Source: Malacoraja senta (taxonomy: Eukaryota). Taken from it: a stretch of 64,000 nt of DNA. The position numbers were made by a program, and so were the translations under genes. This document shows, piece after piece, positions 63,462 through 64,000 of the stretch. Under the pieces are notes generated by a model. It saw nothing but the letters and a program-made list of their open reading frames with translations. It was not told the DNA's origin and ran no database searches. Every line of letters starts with the position of its first letter. Position 1 is the first letter of the stretch. The stretch covers positions 9,550,001 through 9,614,000 of the forward strand of contig CM075994.1 in NCBI GenBank assembly GCA_038087875.1, given 5' to 3'.

Positions 63462-63552
63462 CTAACGGATAGTCTTGACTGGGCTTTTGAAGTTGCTGGC
63501 AGCTTGGAGCTGGAGTTGGTAGGCCATGGGGTGTATCTTGAAGCCGTAGAGT
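63462..63552 (-). CDS. CSNK2B: Casein kinase II subunit beta, last coding exon (upstream exons lie beyond the right edge)
   Basis: After a polypyrimidine tract and AG (63553-63554), a 91-nt phase-2 exon encodes (R)[29 protein letters not shown], which matches the vertebrate CK2-beta C-terminus as I recall it. Confidence 0.95.
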
Positions 63553-64000
63553 CTGGAGAGAAGGGGGGTAAAAGGGGGAAAGAGATGGAGAGAGTTAACG
63601 GCGATGGAGCGGAGGACAGGAGCGAGAAGGTGGAGGAGGCAGAGACCCGGCTTCGATCCCGACTATGGGCGCTGTCTGTACGGAGTTTGCGCGTTCTACC
63701 CGTGACCTGCGTGGGTTTTCTCCGGGAGCTCCGGTTTCCTCCCACACTCCTTAAACGCACTAGGTTTGTAGACTAATTGGCTTCGGTAAAAATTGTAAAT
63801 CCCACACACCCTAGTATGTGTAGGATAATGTTAAGTATGCGGGAATCGCTGGTCAGTGCAGACTCGGTGGGCCGAAGGGCCTGTTTCCGCGCTGTATCTC
63901 TAATCTAAACTAACTTAAGCTTCCTATCTGAAGATACGTGATCTCCTGGTTGCTCAGCACTTCAACTCCCCCTCCCATTCCCACACTGACCTTTGTCCTG

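Overview
Repeat-rich vertebrate genomic DNA, most likely from a cartilaginous fish (skate/ray), inferred from HE1-like V-SINEs, CR1 LINEs and Penelope remnants. The ORF track misses the real genes because they are spliced. Reading the splice sites reveals a tandem cluster of four + strand Ly6/uPAR (three-finger, LU-domain) genes, each with three coding exons. Copies 1 (9372-11512) and 3 (32005-34724) are intact 115-aa proteins: signal peptide, 10-Cys LU domain, GPI-type tail. Copy 2 (23364-24908) is a pseudogene with an in-frame TAG and no exon 3. Copy 4 (56107-59804) is still open but has lost Cys9/Cys10 and the GPI signal through a 242-bp deletion, and reads into its former 3'UTR. The cluster lies tail-to-tail with the last coding exon of CSNK2B (minus strand, 63462-63552), and a frameshifted duplicate of that exon sits at 38573-38662. 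This echoes the human MHC class III CSNK2B-LY6G5B/LY6G5C neighbourhood. A 200-N gap probably hides further Ly6 copies. The rest is mobile DNA: a degenerate DIRS retrotransposon, L2, CR1, Rex1, L1-like and other LINEs, Penelope remnants with hammerhead-like motifs, V-SINEs and non-autonomous Helitron-like elements carrying minisatellites. Coordinates were read by eye; exon boundaries were checked base by base, repeat boundaries are approximate.
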